Position numbers and translations under genes: made by a program. From an uncultured virus (IMG/VR IMGVR_UViG_3300025900_000203) (Duplodnaviria; Heunggongvirae; Uroviricota; Caudoviricetes): 64,000 bases of DNA. The notes below the pieces were generated by a model that was not told the origin of the DNA, ran no database searches, and was given only the letters and a program-made list of their open reading frames with translations. Position 1 is the first letter of the stretch; each line of letters begins with the position of its first letter. Shown in pieces: positions 38,041 through 46,494 of the stretch. Location of the stretch: IMG/VR virus record IMGVR_UViG_3300025900_000203; one strand, written 5' to 3'.

Positions 38041-38154
38041 CACAGTCGACACTGTGATCGCATTGCGCGAGACACGGGTGCCTGATCACCCAGGGTTTGT
38101 GATCGCGCGGTTGCGCGTCGTCGAGGTCCGACGTCACTCGGCACGCGGCGCGCA
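38041..38154 (+). promoter_or_regulatory. sigma54-type promoter with GGGT-N8-ACCC box and a second palindrome
   Basis: CACAGT-N4-ACTGTG (38041-38056); GGGTGCCTGATCACCC (38076-38091); CGGCACGCGGCGCGCA (38139-38154). Confidence 0.7.
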
Positions 38155-38166
38155 ATTACTCTCGAC

Positions 38167-38412
38167 ATGCAGGTGCTGACCGCTGAACAACTCGCCGCTG
38201 TCCCGTCGACTCCCGCAGCACTCTCGAGCGACGAAGCGCTCATGACGATGCAGCTCACCGACGCGAAGCGGCTTGCAGCTTCCGAGTTCGAACGTCGCTA
38301 CCTCATCAACGTGATGGCGCGGGCGAATGGCTCGGTCTCGGAGGGTGCACGGTTGTCCGGGCTCGATCGCACCAACTTCCGTCGGTTGCTCCATCGTCAC
38401 AACCTTCGCTAA
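38167..38412 (+). CDS. stand-alone Fis-type HTH (C-terminal domain of sigma54 enhancer-binding proteins)
   Basis: AK....EFERRYL...ANGSVSEGARLSGLDRTNFRRLL; no AAA+ domain. Confidence 0.88.
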   Translation: MQVLTAEQLAAVPSTPAALSSDEALMTMQLTDAKRLAASEFERRYLINVMARANGSVSEGARLSGLDRTNFRRLLHRHNLR

Positions 38413-38436
38413 AGCCCCTCGCTAAGGACTTTTTCC

Positions 38437-38784
38437 ATGCCCCTCAATATGACCGTCGACGAAGCTCGTGAAGCACTTCGCAACTTTTCATTGAATAGCG
38501 ATACGCCAACTGCATGGGCTGCCGACATCGTGCTCGATGAAGTGTTGAAGCTTCGTTCCGATCTCCGGGCCGTGTTGGAGCTTGCGACGTACTTCCAGGC
38601 TGACTACGAGAGAAAACTCCCCGTGATCGCAGCGTTCCGGCACTGGCGGCACGGCGTGCTCACGGCAGAAGAGTTTCTCCAGCGGCTCCGAAGAGATGAC
38701 CTCGGTGAGGTGCTTCGCTACGAGCCTGTGGCTCCGATGCGCGGGCTCACGATCTTGAACGACCGCAACGATCGCAAAGGATGA
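38437..38784 (+). CDS. hypothetical protein
   Basis: AAGGA RBS. Confidence 0.6.
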   Translation: MPLNMTVDEAREALRNFSLNSDTPTAWAADIVLDEVLKLRSDLRAVLELATYFQADYERKLPVIAAFRHWRHGVLTAEEFLQRLRRDDLGEVLRYEPVAPMRGLTILNDRNDRKG

Positions 38785-39026
38785 CCATGTCGATCTACGA
38801 CGATACGTTCGACGTTCCGATGGATCCCGACGCGACGTCGATCTACGATCTCGGCAAGCTCTTCCCAACGCCGCGGGTACGCAGCGGCAGCATGCTTCGT
38901 CGCCTGATTCGTTCGACGCGCCAGATCGTCGACGGGCTGCGGGCCGCACTCGCCGCAGGCTGGGACGTTGGCCCCGAGCTTGCGCACGAACAGCGACGAC
39001 TCGCGCTGCTCGAAGAACTGGCTTGA
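38781..39026 (+). CDS. hypothetical protein
   Basis: ATGA overlap. Confidence 0.6.
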   Translation: MTMSIYDDTFDVPMDPDATSIYDLGKLFPTPRVRSGSMLRRLIRSTRQIVDGLRAALAAGWDVGPELAHEQRRLALLEELA

Positions 39027-39027
39027 C

Positions 39028-39414
39028 GTGGCGGTTTTGCTGAGCCGTTGGAAAAGAGGTTGGTTGTCCGTTCACGATGAGATCTCTTATGAGATCTCCA
39101 CGACGGCACACTCGACGATCTTCGAAGCGCTTGCCGTGATCTCAGATGCACTAGCGGTGTTGTGGGAGACAACCGTCGCGCAAGAGTTATCCAGCGTGCC
39201 GTTTCACACTGCAGAATTCACGGTAGAGCAGCGTGAAGGCCCGATCTCGTCGACTTCCTGCCTACTATTTTACAACGACGCCCTTCAAACAATGACATCT
39301 CAGGACCTCGAGCACGTCACCATCCGTGGAAAGGACGAAAGCTCGAGCACTGTGTTTGAGCGTCACGCTGTGTTTGATCCTGCCCTTCTGAAATGGAATT
39401 TCGTCACGCCGTGA
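39028..39414 (+). CDS. hypothetical protein
   Basis: Co-directional ORF. Confidence 0.55.
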   Translation: MAVLLSRWKRGWLSVHDEISYEISTTAHSTIFEALAVISDALAVLWETTVAQELSSVPFHTAEFTVEQREGPISSTSCLLFYNDALQTMTSQDLEHVTIRGKDESSSTVFERHAVFDPALLKWNFVTP

Positions 39415-39818
39415 CGGCACACGTGATCGTCAAGAGACTGTGGCACCTCTACGCGTGGCCCGAGCTGCAGCTGCCGATGCAGTCAATGACCGTCGCCAAG
39501 CTCCTGCGCTACCAGAGGCGTCCAACCTACGTGAGCGATTTGGTCCGCTCGCGAAAGCAGCCTTCCCTCGCGTGGGACTACGGACGGATCCGCTTCTTCT
39601 ACGAGCAACTCCTGGCTGGTGTCACGCTTGACGCGATCGAAGTCGACAACGTTTGTCAGGGAGGTCGGATCTTGCCCGAGCCGCAAGTCCTTGATGGACA
39701 CCATCGACTTGCGGCTTCCCATCTCGCTGCGACGGAGCATATCGCCGTCGAATATGCAGGTCGGCTCGATCTTCTGCGCTATCTCACGGGTGCCCGTGCG
39801 TCCGTGCCTTTGAAGTAG
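39411..39818 (+). CDS. ParB/Srx-fold protein, paralog of 15808..16215
   Basis: RIRFF...AIEVDN...VLDGHHRLAA. Confidence 0.75.
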   Translation: MTAHVIVKRLWHLYAWPELQLPMQSMTVAKLLRYQRRPTYVSDLVRSRKQPSLAWDYGRIRFFYEQLLAGVTLDAIEVDNVCQGGRILPEPQVLDGHHRLAASHLAATEHIAVEYAGRLDLLRYLTGARASVPLK

Positions 39819-39830
39819 CTGATCGTATCC

Positions 39831-39899
39831 GGGTACTTCGTTACCTACGCATGTACCTTCGCGGAGTTACCAGCATCATTGCATGGCACGCGCTGTGGA
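39831..39899 (+). promoter_or_regulatory. sigma54-type promoter (variant -12) plus box
   Basis: GGGTACTTCGTTACCT (39831-39846); TGGCACGCGCTGTGGA (39884-39899), 38 nt from box. Confidence 0.6.
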
Positions 39900-39913
39900 T
39901 CTAACGAGCTAAC

Positions 39914-40717
39914 ATGAACGTGCTCGATCTCGATCAGGTGAAACTGCAACCCGGCAGCGGAAAGCGCTGGACCATGGCCCCGCAGCGTTGCGTCGAGGTG
40001 AAGACGTACCGCATGCAAAAGCACCAGCCTGCGATTGTGCTTGCGACGTGTGGAGACATGCTCTTGCTCAAGCTCTCGGTCGTGCCTGATCCTGCGTGGT
40101 GGTGGGTGACTCCCGATGGTTTCGTCGTATGCCATATGGATCAGACGCGTCAGGGCTACCGCTTCACACGCACGATCGCGAAGCTCCTTCGTGTCCTCAG
40201 ACAGCTCGCCTACAAGGCGGGACGCAAGCGCGCGACTGAGCAGCAACTCGCCGAGCGTGCCGCGGCGCGCGTCGGTCGCGACGGCGAGTGCCAGATCTGT
40301 GCAAATCGGCAGATCCTTCAGAAGGGCGTGCTCGTGCTTCACGGATATCAACGACCCGGCGACGGCATGGCGCACGGAGAATGCCACGGTCGGGGCTACG
40401 AGCCGTATGAAGTGAGCTGCGATCGCTTGCGTTGGTACGTCGAGGTGTTTCTCGTCAGTGCCCTCGCAAACGTTCACCAACTGTTGACCGATCTCCCGAG
40501 GATCCAACAACTACCGCGACAGGTCTCGGATAGCTCCAGCGTCCTCAGGTTCCACACGGAGATGGTGGCGCGCGGAGAGCGGGGCTTCGATCGTTTGGAG
40601 GAGCACCGGCGCTCTGAGTTGAAGATGAAGATCAACTCCTTGGAGTTTGAGAGCCAGCAACAGGGCCGTCGTCTTGCCGCGTGGCGATCGCCAGCGGAGG
40701 TGCCACGTGGCCGTTGA
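39914..40717 (+). CDS. phage-type Zn-binding hypothetical protein
   Basis: GECQIC...HGYQRPG...CHG...PYE. Confidence 0.7.
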   Translation: MNVLDLDQVKLQPGSGKRWTMAPQRCVEVKTYRMQKHQPAIVLATCGDMLLLKLSVVPDPAWWWVTPDGFVVCHMDQTRQGYRFTRTIAKLLRVLRQLAYKAGRKRATEQQLAERAAARVGRDGECQICANRQILQKGVLVLHGYQRPGDGMAHGECHGRGYEPYEVSCDRLRWYVEVFLVSALANVHQLLTDLPRIQQLPRQVSDSSSVLRFHTEMVARGERGFDRLEEHRRSELKMKINSLEFESQQQGRRLAAWRSPAEVPRGR

Positions 40718-40907
40718 ATTTCAAGGCCGCTTGATTGACGACGATGAGCTTCGCGACCTTCTCTCCACAATCACCGAACTTCAGGCCGAGGTAAGTAGGT
40801 ACAAGAAGGTGCTCCGCAGCATCGCGTCTCTTTGCAACGCACCATATTGGACAGCTGAACGGCGATGGAAGATCGAGGCTCTCGCGTCTGGCCGTGAGAA
40901 GCCTTGA
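40707..40907 (+). CDS. hypothetical protein
   Basis: GGAGG RBS, GTG start. Confidence 0.55.
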   Translation: MAVEFQGRLIDDDELRDLLSTITELQAEVSRYKKVLRSIASLCNAPYWTAERRWKIEALASGREKP

Positions 40908-40925
40908 AGGCGAAAGACAAGGTCC

Positions 40926-41255
40926 ATGAGCACTGACAACAAGATAACCTTCCTCATCATGGCAACTCTTGAGTCGCCGAACCGCTGGTCACGGCCGTTC
41001 TTCGTACGTGCTGCCTCGACCGCCGAGGCGTACCAGGAAGTGCTGAGCAACAGCATGTTCCAGCACCCGAAGGTCTCGCTCGAGGCCCATATCATCGACG
41101 CCACGATGCTCCCAGAGATGCGGCCGTTGCTGAAGGCGGTGGCCCGCGCGTATTGGTACGCAGGCCGTGAAGCTGAAAGGACCTCTAACCAAAACTCGAC
41201 GTCGTTCGATGATCACTGGGAAGAGAACGGCATCGATGTCGAAACGGAGTCCTGA
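40926..41255 (+). CDS. hypothetical protein
   Basis: 109-aa ORF. Confidence 0.6.
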   Translation: MSTDNKITFLIMATLESPNRWSRPFFVRAASTAEAYQEVLSNSMFQHPKVSLEAHIIDATMLPEMRPLLKAVARAYWYAGREAERTSNQNSTSFDDHWEENGIDVETES

Positions 41256-41267
41256 TGCGGCGCAGGT

Positions 41268-41603
41268 TCAACGAACCGCGCGTAGCTTCCATCGCTTGGG
41301 AGGCACCTGCTTGAGGGCATCCGTGACGTTCGAATGTTGCGAATCACCGACGGGACCCTGTGCGTCGAAGAAGCTGACCTGCCACGTGCCAGCAGCCTTC
41401 GTCGACGGATGGAGGATGGCTGACTCCTCGCGGCGCGTTCGCGAGGCGAACTCGGCCGCCCGCACCGTTCCGACGGCTTTCCACTCGCAGCTCTTGATGC
41501 CGAACGCGAGGGTCCGGCAGACAACACGCAAGGGCGACTTCGGCGGCTGCCGCGAGAGAGCCTCCGCAATCTCGCGATCGAGTTGGGCCCCGCTCTTGCG
41601 CAT
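41268..41603 (-). CDS. hypothetical protein with AQLDREIAEAL leader
   Basis: MRKSGAQLDREIAEAL; TAACAT 7 nt upstream. Confidence 0.75.
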   Translation of the reverse strand: MRKSGAQLDREIAEALSRQPPKSPLRVVCRTLAFGIKSCEWKAVGTVRAAEFASRTRREESAILHPSTKAAGTWQVSFFDAQGPVGDSQHSNVTDALKQVPPKRWKLRAVR

Positions 41604-41613
41604 GCGCTCGATG

Positions 41614-42114
41614 TTACTCGAGACCGATCGTCGCCGACACGAAGGGATTCAGCTCGAAGGAGTCCGGCGGCGAGATCGCGACCCGCAACTCGAAGGTGTC
41701 GCCGATCGCGAACGCCACGGGTCCCGCGAGTGCGGTCTTGATGCCCGATTCGCCCGCGACGTACAAGAGCGAGAACCCAGGCACCGGCGTGCCTTGATCG
41801 CCGTTCTTGATCAGATCGATGACGAGCGTGGTGTCGGGGGGCACGGTCTCCGAGAGGTTGACCGCGATGTTCACCAAGCTACGGGCGACCGCGAGAGGGT
41901 AATTCGTTTCCCCGGTGGCTGGGGTGCTGGGAACACCCGAGTCACCCAGGAACGTGAGCAGAACACCCTGTCCCGAGCTCTGTGCGGATCCCGAGAACTT
42001 GAGCAGCCCTGCCGACGTGCCTGCTGGACCGGCAGGACCGCGATGGCCTCGCTTGCCGCGCTTACCGCGCGCGCCGCCTTCGTCACAGAAATCGAGAGTT
42101 TGTACGTCAGCCAT
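41614..42114 (-). CDS. short collagen-repeat protein with beta-rich C-terminal domain, paralog 1
   Basis: GARGKRGKRGHRGPAGPAG Gly-X-Y run. Confidence 0.8.
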   Translation of the reverse strand: MADVQTLDFCDEGGARGKRGKRGHRGPAGPAGTSAGLLKFSGSAQSSGQGVLLTFLGDSGVPSTPATGETNYPLAVARSLVNIAVNLSETVPPDTTLVIDLIKNGDQGTPVPGFSLLYVAGESGIKTALAGPVAFAIGDTFELRVAISPPDSFELNPFVSATIGLE

Positions 42115-42180
42115 GGCACAACGCTACTACCCCCAGAAGGGGAAGGCCAAAAAGTGACGATCCTGCAAGCGCGCGTGTGC

Positions 42181-42693
42181 TTATTCGAGCCCGATCGTTG
42201 CCGACACGAACGGATTGATCTCGAAGGAGTCCGTCGGCGAGATCGTGACCCGCAGATCGAAGGTGTCGCCGATCGCGAACGCCACGGGACCTGCGACGGC
42301 GCTTTTGATGCCCGTTTCACCCGCAACGTACGTGATCGAGAATCCTGGCACGGGTGTGACCAGGTCACCGTTCTTGATCAGATCGAAGGTGAGCGTGGTG
42401 TCGGGGGGCACGGGCCCATTCGCCACGAGGTTCGTTTCGATGTTCACGAAGTTGCGCGCGATCGCGAGCGGATAGCTCGTCTCACCCGTCGTGGGCGTGT
42501 TGCCGGGTCCCGCCGCTCCAAGGAAGGTAACGAGCGACGGGCCTTCCCCCAAACTGAGGACTGTCCCCGAGAACATGAGCAAGCCGCCGGCCGACGGACC
42601 CGCGGGTCCCGCGGGTCCTCGAGGACCTCGCTTGCCGCGTTTGCCCCGCTTGCCGTCACCATCGCAAAAATCGAGAGTTTGCACGTCAGCCAT
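42181..42693 (-). CDS. short collagen-repeat protein with beta-rich C-terminal domain, paralog 2
   Basis: GKRGKRGPRGPAGPAG; highly similar to 41614..42114. Confidence 0.8.
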   Translation of the reverse strand: MADVQTLDFCDGDGKRGKRGKRGPRGPAGPAGPSAGGLLMFSGTVLSLGEGPSLVTFLGAAGPGNTPTTGETSYPLAIARNFVNIETNLVANGPVPPDTTLTFDLIKNGDLVTPVPGFSITYVAGETGIKSAVAGPVAFAIGDTFDLRVTISPTDSFEINPFVSATIGLE

Positions 42694-42731
42694 GGCACAA
42701 CGCTACTATCTCCAGCGGCAGGAGGCCAAAA

Positions 42732-43337
42732 ATGCATCCTGTGACGATCAAGCGCATCCTCGCGGTGCGGGACACGCGGGATCGCATCGAGGTTGGGGAT
42801 CGTTGGGTGGCGGTGCCAGGATCCGGGCAGCTCCGTCCTTGTGATCGCTGCGGACGCGAGCATGAGATTCACGTCGACGTCGAGTTGTCCGATGGACGCC
42901 ACGCGAACATCGGCTCGGGATGCGCGAAAGGCGAGTCGATGGAGGTGCAGTCACGCCTCAAGAGCGCGGTGAGCGCTGCCCAGACACGGGCGAAGCTTTC
43001 GGCGGAGCTTGCCTTGGCGAAAGAGGACTACGCGAAGGCTCAAGCAGCGTGGGAAATGGTGCTGAAGTTGCCGACGCCGTCGCCCCAGCTCGTCGAAGAA
43101 GTTTCGGATCCGCGCGGGATGCGGCAGGTTTGGATGATGGGCGACTCGAAGGTCTGGGTGCTTCCAGGCCGAACCTTCGATGCGGAGCGGCGGCAGTCGC
43201 TGTTGAATACGTGGCGGAACCGTGAATACGACAAGTACGGTTTCGATCGGTCGCCGCACAGCTACAAGAACACCGTGGAGGACTTCACGGATCGGCTGGC
43301 GAAGATCGATCGAAAGCTCAAGGCCTTGCTGTTCTGA
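42732..43337 (+). CDS. Zn-binding hypothetical protein
   Basis: GGAGG RBS; CDRCGR...GSGCA. Confidence 0.7.
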   Translation: MHPVTIKRILAVRDTRDRIEVGDRWVAVPGSGQLRPCDRCGREHEIHVDVELSDGRHANIGSGCAKGESMEVQSRLKSAVSAAQTRAKLSAELALAKEDYAKAQAAWEMVLKLPTPSPQLVEEVSDPRGMRQVWMMGDSKVWVLPGRTFDAERRQSLLNTWRNREYDKYGFDRSPHSYKNTVEDFTDRLAKIDRKLKALLF

Positions 43338-43360
43338 TCAAGCCCGTCGAGCCGCTGACC

Positions 43361-43660
43361 TCACGCCACAGCAATCAAGCGCCCGAAGATCTGGTGCCGC
43401 GTTACCCAGCCGTTGATCCCGCCACGATTGTTGCCGATCTGGTAGCGATCACCTTGAATCGCTTTGACCAGGTGGAGGTACTGCTGGCCTTTCACGCGGC
43501 ACAGTACGATATCACCGACAAGGATAACGTTCTCGCCAATCGGCTCGACCGTGCAAAGGTCACCATCGTTTACCTTTCCGGTCATCGAATGGCCGCGTGG
43601 TCTAAACTGCACCGTTTCGCCGAGCGTGAGACGCTCCACGTGTCCATCTGCCCAACCCAT
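43361..43660 (-). CDS. S24/S26 peptidase-like protein
   Basis: RGHSM...DGD...GDIV...LHLV...GNN. Confidence 0.7.
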   Translation of the reverse strand: MGWADGHVERLTLGETVQFRPRGHSMTGKVNDGDLCTVEPIGENVILVGDIVLCRVKGQQYLHLVKAIQGDRYQIGNNRGGINGWVTRHQIFGRLIAVA

Positions 43661-43666
43661 GGAAGT

Positions 43667-43852
43667 CTACGAAGATCGCCGCGGAATGAAGATCGAAACC
43701 AGGAAATATACCGGCCAGATCAGTAGCAGTGTGTAGTGATACCATCTGCGTGGAGTTACAAACTTCAGCTCGGCGAACACCCGCAAGAGCACCACGCCGA
43801 TGGTCACGGACAAGACGTAGCCGAAGATCGCCAAGATCGTCACGAAATCCAC
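43667..43852 (-). CDS. small membrane protein
   Basis: Two hydrophobic helices, LIWP motif. Confidence 0.6.
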   Translation of the reverse strand: MDFVTILAIFGYVLSVTIGVVLLRVFAELKFVTPRRWYHYTLLLIWPVYFLVSIFIPRRSS

Positions 43853-44018
43853 GGGCTATTCCTTCAGCCTTGAACACTTTTACACATGCGATGGATCCGG
43901 GCCGTCTTCCTCGCGTGCTGAAGGTTGATCGCCGCAGCACCGGCCCAGCCGCATGTACAGCGGGGTACCCATAACATGGCTATGAGGTCCTGGTCGATCT
44001 TGGTGACGTGCTGATCAT

Positions 44019-44258
44019 TCATGAAGTTTTCCTCCGTACGATCTCGAACTCCGAGCGCTCGTGCAACAGCGCATCATCCACGGCTAACTCCAACGTCCCA
44101 CGCTCGGGACCTTTCCAATCACATAGAAGACACCGGGCCATTCGAGACGTGCCTCCACGCCGTAGCGATTCAGGGCTTGCCGTGGCGACGTAGGCGCAAT
44201 GTTGTTGCTCGGAGCCCTGCCGCTTGAAGTTGGCCATGGATCGTACGGCTTGTAGCAA
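44019..44258 (-). CDS. small Zn-finger-like protein
   Basis: CLLCDWKG...LLHE; start uncertain. Confidence 0.45.
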   Translation of the reverse strand: MLQAVRSMANFKRQGSEQQHCAYVATASPESLRRGGTSRMARCLLCDWKGPERGTLELAVDDALLHERSEFEIVRRKTS

Positions 44259-44320
44259 GGATCGTTACCGTACGAAATGGGTGATTCGATACCCAGATCG
44301 CTGCCATCGACAGGATTCTA

Positions 44321-44355
44321 TTACTCTTGACTTCGCTAAGCCTGGAGTAAATCAT
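44321..44355 (+). promoter_or_regulatory. TTACTC-family promoter/operator, copy 1
   Basis: TTACTCTTGACT-N17-AATCAT, ATG 8 nt downstream. Confidence 0.75.
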
Positions 44356-44363
44356 CCGAACGG

Positions 44364-44531
44364 ATGAATCGTGTCTACGAATATGGCCTCCTCGATCCGG
44401 TCGTCAACGCGCAGATCGTCGAAGATCAACTCCGTGCCGCGCATCGCTATCGGAACCTCTTGGTCGAGATCGAGCGCGAGCGCCGACGTGCCAGGTCCTT
44501 TGATGCTCCAAAACGATACTTTCCGTGGTGA
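44364..44531 (+). pseudogene. truncated Cas12m/TnpB-like N-terminal fragment (55 aa)
   Basis: MNRVYEYGLLDP...EDQLRAAHRYRNLLVEIERERR then early stop; similarity recalled, not computed. Confidence 0.55.
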
Positions 44532-44574
44532 TGTCCAGCCCCCGTCCGTACAAGAGGCGGCATCGCCGGTATCC

Positions 44575-44676
44575 GGGTATCTGCACACCCAGGCACTTCG
44601 ATATACGGGTAATGGGATACCCACTCCAAGCAGTTCACCGACTTGCGCCGTCTCACGAGTTGGCCCGCGGTTCGCA
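44575..44676 (+). promoter_or_regulatory. sigma54-type promoter with two boxes
   Basis: GGGTATCTGCACACCC (44575-44590), GGGTAATGGGATACCC (44607-44622), TGGCCCGCGGTTCGCA (44661-44676). Confidence 0.75.
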
Positions 44677-44689
44677 CAATAGTCCAGGC

Positions 44690-44848
44690 ATGAACACTGC
44701 GGAGATCGAAGCCTGGCGCCGCCGCGGACGTACGAACGTGTTGGCCACGTTCGAGGCCCGTCCCAAGAGTTTCTCGATCGGCTGGTGCGCGGCTTTCGTG
44801 CAATGGCACACGATCTACGTCGTTCAGCGCGCGCAGGTGCGGCCGTGA
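44690..44848 (+). CDS. small hypothetical protein
   Basis: ATG 14 nt after sigma54 -12 GC. Confidence 0.55.
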   Translation: MNTAEIEAWRRRGRTNVLATFEARPKSFSIGWCAAFVQWHTIYVVQRAQVRP

Positions 44849-45510
44849 CCAAACGCATCGAGATCTCCGCAGCGCAACTCTACTGGGATGCGCAAGATCA
44901 CCAGGCTCAAGGATGGGTGCTCAACTACCGCGACGAAAAAGAGCAGCCGGTAACCGCCGAGATCGACGGTGAAGAAGATGCTGATACGGAAGACCTGATG
45001 CTTGCCGTCGAACACTACTTCAACCGCACCTATGCAAGCCGCATCGTGAGCGGTCGCGTCGCACTCTACCGTGGCCAGCTCGTGGAGAAGCGCTTCGAGC
45101 TGATCGGCATCCCGAGCGAAGAAGATCAGATCGCGCGCGACGCGCAACTGGTGGGACGTGCGGAAGAGTCCGTCACGATCGGTAACCAGCTCATGGAGAC
45201 GGACGCCGAGAGGACCGAGCGGCTCGTCACGGAGATGGCGCGGTTGCCCACGTATCAGGGCTGGCGGTTCACGTACGAGTATCCGGGGTTCTTCTGCTAC
45301 CACCATGCCGCGCTCCCGTTCAGCGTCTTCTTCACCCCGGATTGGGAGGCTGCGGAGCAGTTGCCGGTGGAGGTTCAAGACAGCAACGGGCAAACGCTCA
45401 CCGCGCACTGTGCCGTGATCCCATTGCCCGCTGGCGGGCGTACCGGCCGACAGATCTTTGGCCTCGTTCAACCGACGCTCGACAAGCTTCTCAAGGAGAA
45501 TCCACTGTGA
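44845..45510 (+). CDS. hypothetical protein
   Basis: GTGA overlap. Confidence 0.65.
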   Translation: MTKRIEISAAQLYWDAQDHQAQGWVLNYRDEKEQPVTAEIDGEEDADTEDLMLAVEHYFNRTYASRIVSGRVALYRGQLVEKRFELIGIPSEEDQIARDAQLVGRAEESVTIGNQLMETDAERTERLVTEMARLPTYQGWRFTYEYPGFFCYHHAALPFSVFFTPDWEAAEQLPVEVQDSNGQTLTAHCAVIPLPAGGRTGRQIFGLVQPTLDKLLKENPL

Positions 45511-45860
45511 CCCGACTTCTGAACACCGAGATCGAATCGCACGAGCTGTTGACGAGCGAGCAGCACCTCCTCTGCAAGGCGATGCGAAACGAAAGCCGTC
45601 GGGCCGGTCATGACTTCACGCTGTACGACTTCGCGAAGGTCGCCTTACGTGCGACGGCACGCGACTACGTCGAGGCTTCTGACTTGTCCGAGGCCGCGCG
45701 TGAACAAGCGCGTGTGACCCACGAGCGCGCGCTTCAGCGTGCGGCCATCCTCTTCGTGTACGAAGCGCTCAAGGCGTGCGACATCAACTTGATCAAGCAG
45801 TGGCCCGAGTTCGATGAAATGCTGCGATCGATCGTGATGTTGGCCGGGGATCTGCCCTGA
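45507..45860 (+). CDS. hypothetical protein
   Basis: AAGGAG RBS, GTGA overlap. Confidence 0.65.
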   Translation: MTRLLNTEIESHELLTSEQHLLCKAMRNESRRAGHDFTLYDFAKVALRATARDYVEASDLSEAAREQARVTHERALQRAAILFVYEALKACDINLIKQWPEFDEMLRSIVMLAGDLP

Positions 45861-45891
45861 TCCTCGCGCTGCCGCGTGCGATGGTCACTCC

Positions 45892-46128
45892 ATGATGCAA
45901 CGCTTTTTCATCGAATTCGTGGTCGACGTTCCCAACGAGGCTGTCGCCGGAGACGTCGAGACGCGCCTCGCGCGTGAGAACCTCCCGCGGCTCTGCGATG
46001 TCCTCCAGGAGCTGACGGGCTACGCCCCACTGGCGACTCCGAAGGAGCGGGGCATCCGCGTCGCGTACGAAGAGGTCGTCTGGAACGCCAAGGCGCAGGA
46101 CTGGCTCGGCGAGGACGACGAAGAGTGA
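45892..46128 (+). CDS. hypothetical protein
   Basis: 78-aa ORF. Confidence 0.6.
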   Translation: MMQRFFIEFVVDVPNEAVAGDVETRLARENLPRLCDVLQELTGYAPLATPKERGIRVAYEEVVWNAKAQDWLGEDDEE

Positions 46129-46214
46129 GCAAACGCTAACGCGTGGAGCACCGACGATCGTTGCTTCACGAAAAGACACATCCAAGGGAAGGGAAGGTTA
46201 CGATGGTGACAAGC

Positions 46215-46430
46215 ATGGCTGCACGTAAAAGCGATGACGTCGAAGAGCTCTCGAGCCCGTTTCTGCGAGCGATGCTCTCGCGGCTCCGCATCGAGATGTT
46301 GTCGTGCGCCGTGGCCTTCCAAGAAGGTCCGCTACATGACGAGTTCTGGAAGCTCGTCGACGACCTGAATGCGATCCGTGACGATCAGCAACTTCGCGCG
46401 GAGTTGTCCAAACCGAGCGCTGCAGAGTAG
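46215..46430 (+). CDS. hypothetical protein
   Basis: Starts MAARK. Confidence 0.5.
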   Translation: MAARKSDDVEELSSPFLRAMLSRLRIEMLSCAVAFQEGPLHDEFWKLVDDLNAIRDDQQLRAELSKPSAAE

Positions 46431-46494
46431 CTGTGCGCTCGCCGCGCCAACGCTCGCCGATCCGAGGTGATTACGTGATCCTCGATGAGGACTC

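Noticed and set aside
41167..42744. 525-aa plus-strand ORF with an internal repeat
   Set aside because: Antisense shadow of the two collagen-like paralogs and the leader-motif gene.
44221..44294. Ninth sigma54 module (box 44279-44294, TGGCCAACTTCAAGCG on minus strand)
   Set aside because: The 43-nt gap is out of phase, the consensus is weak and there is no suitably placed start; the box alone may be real.
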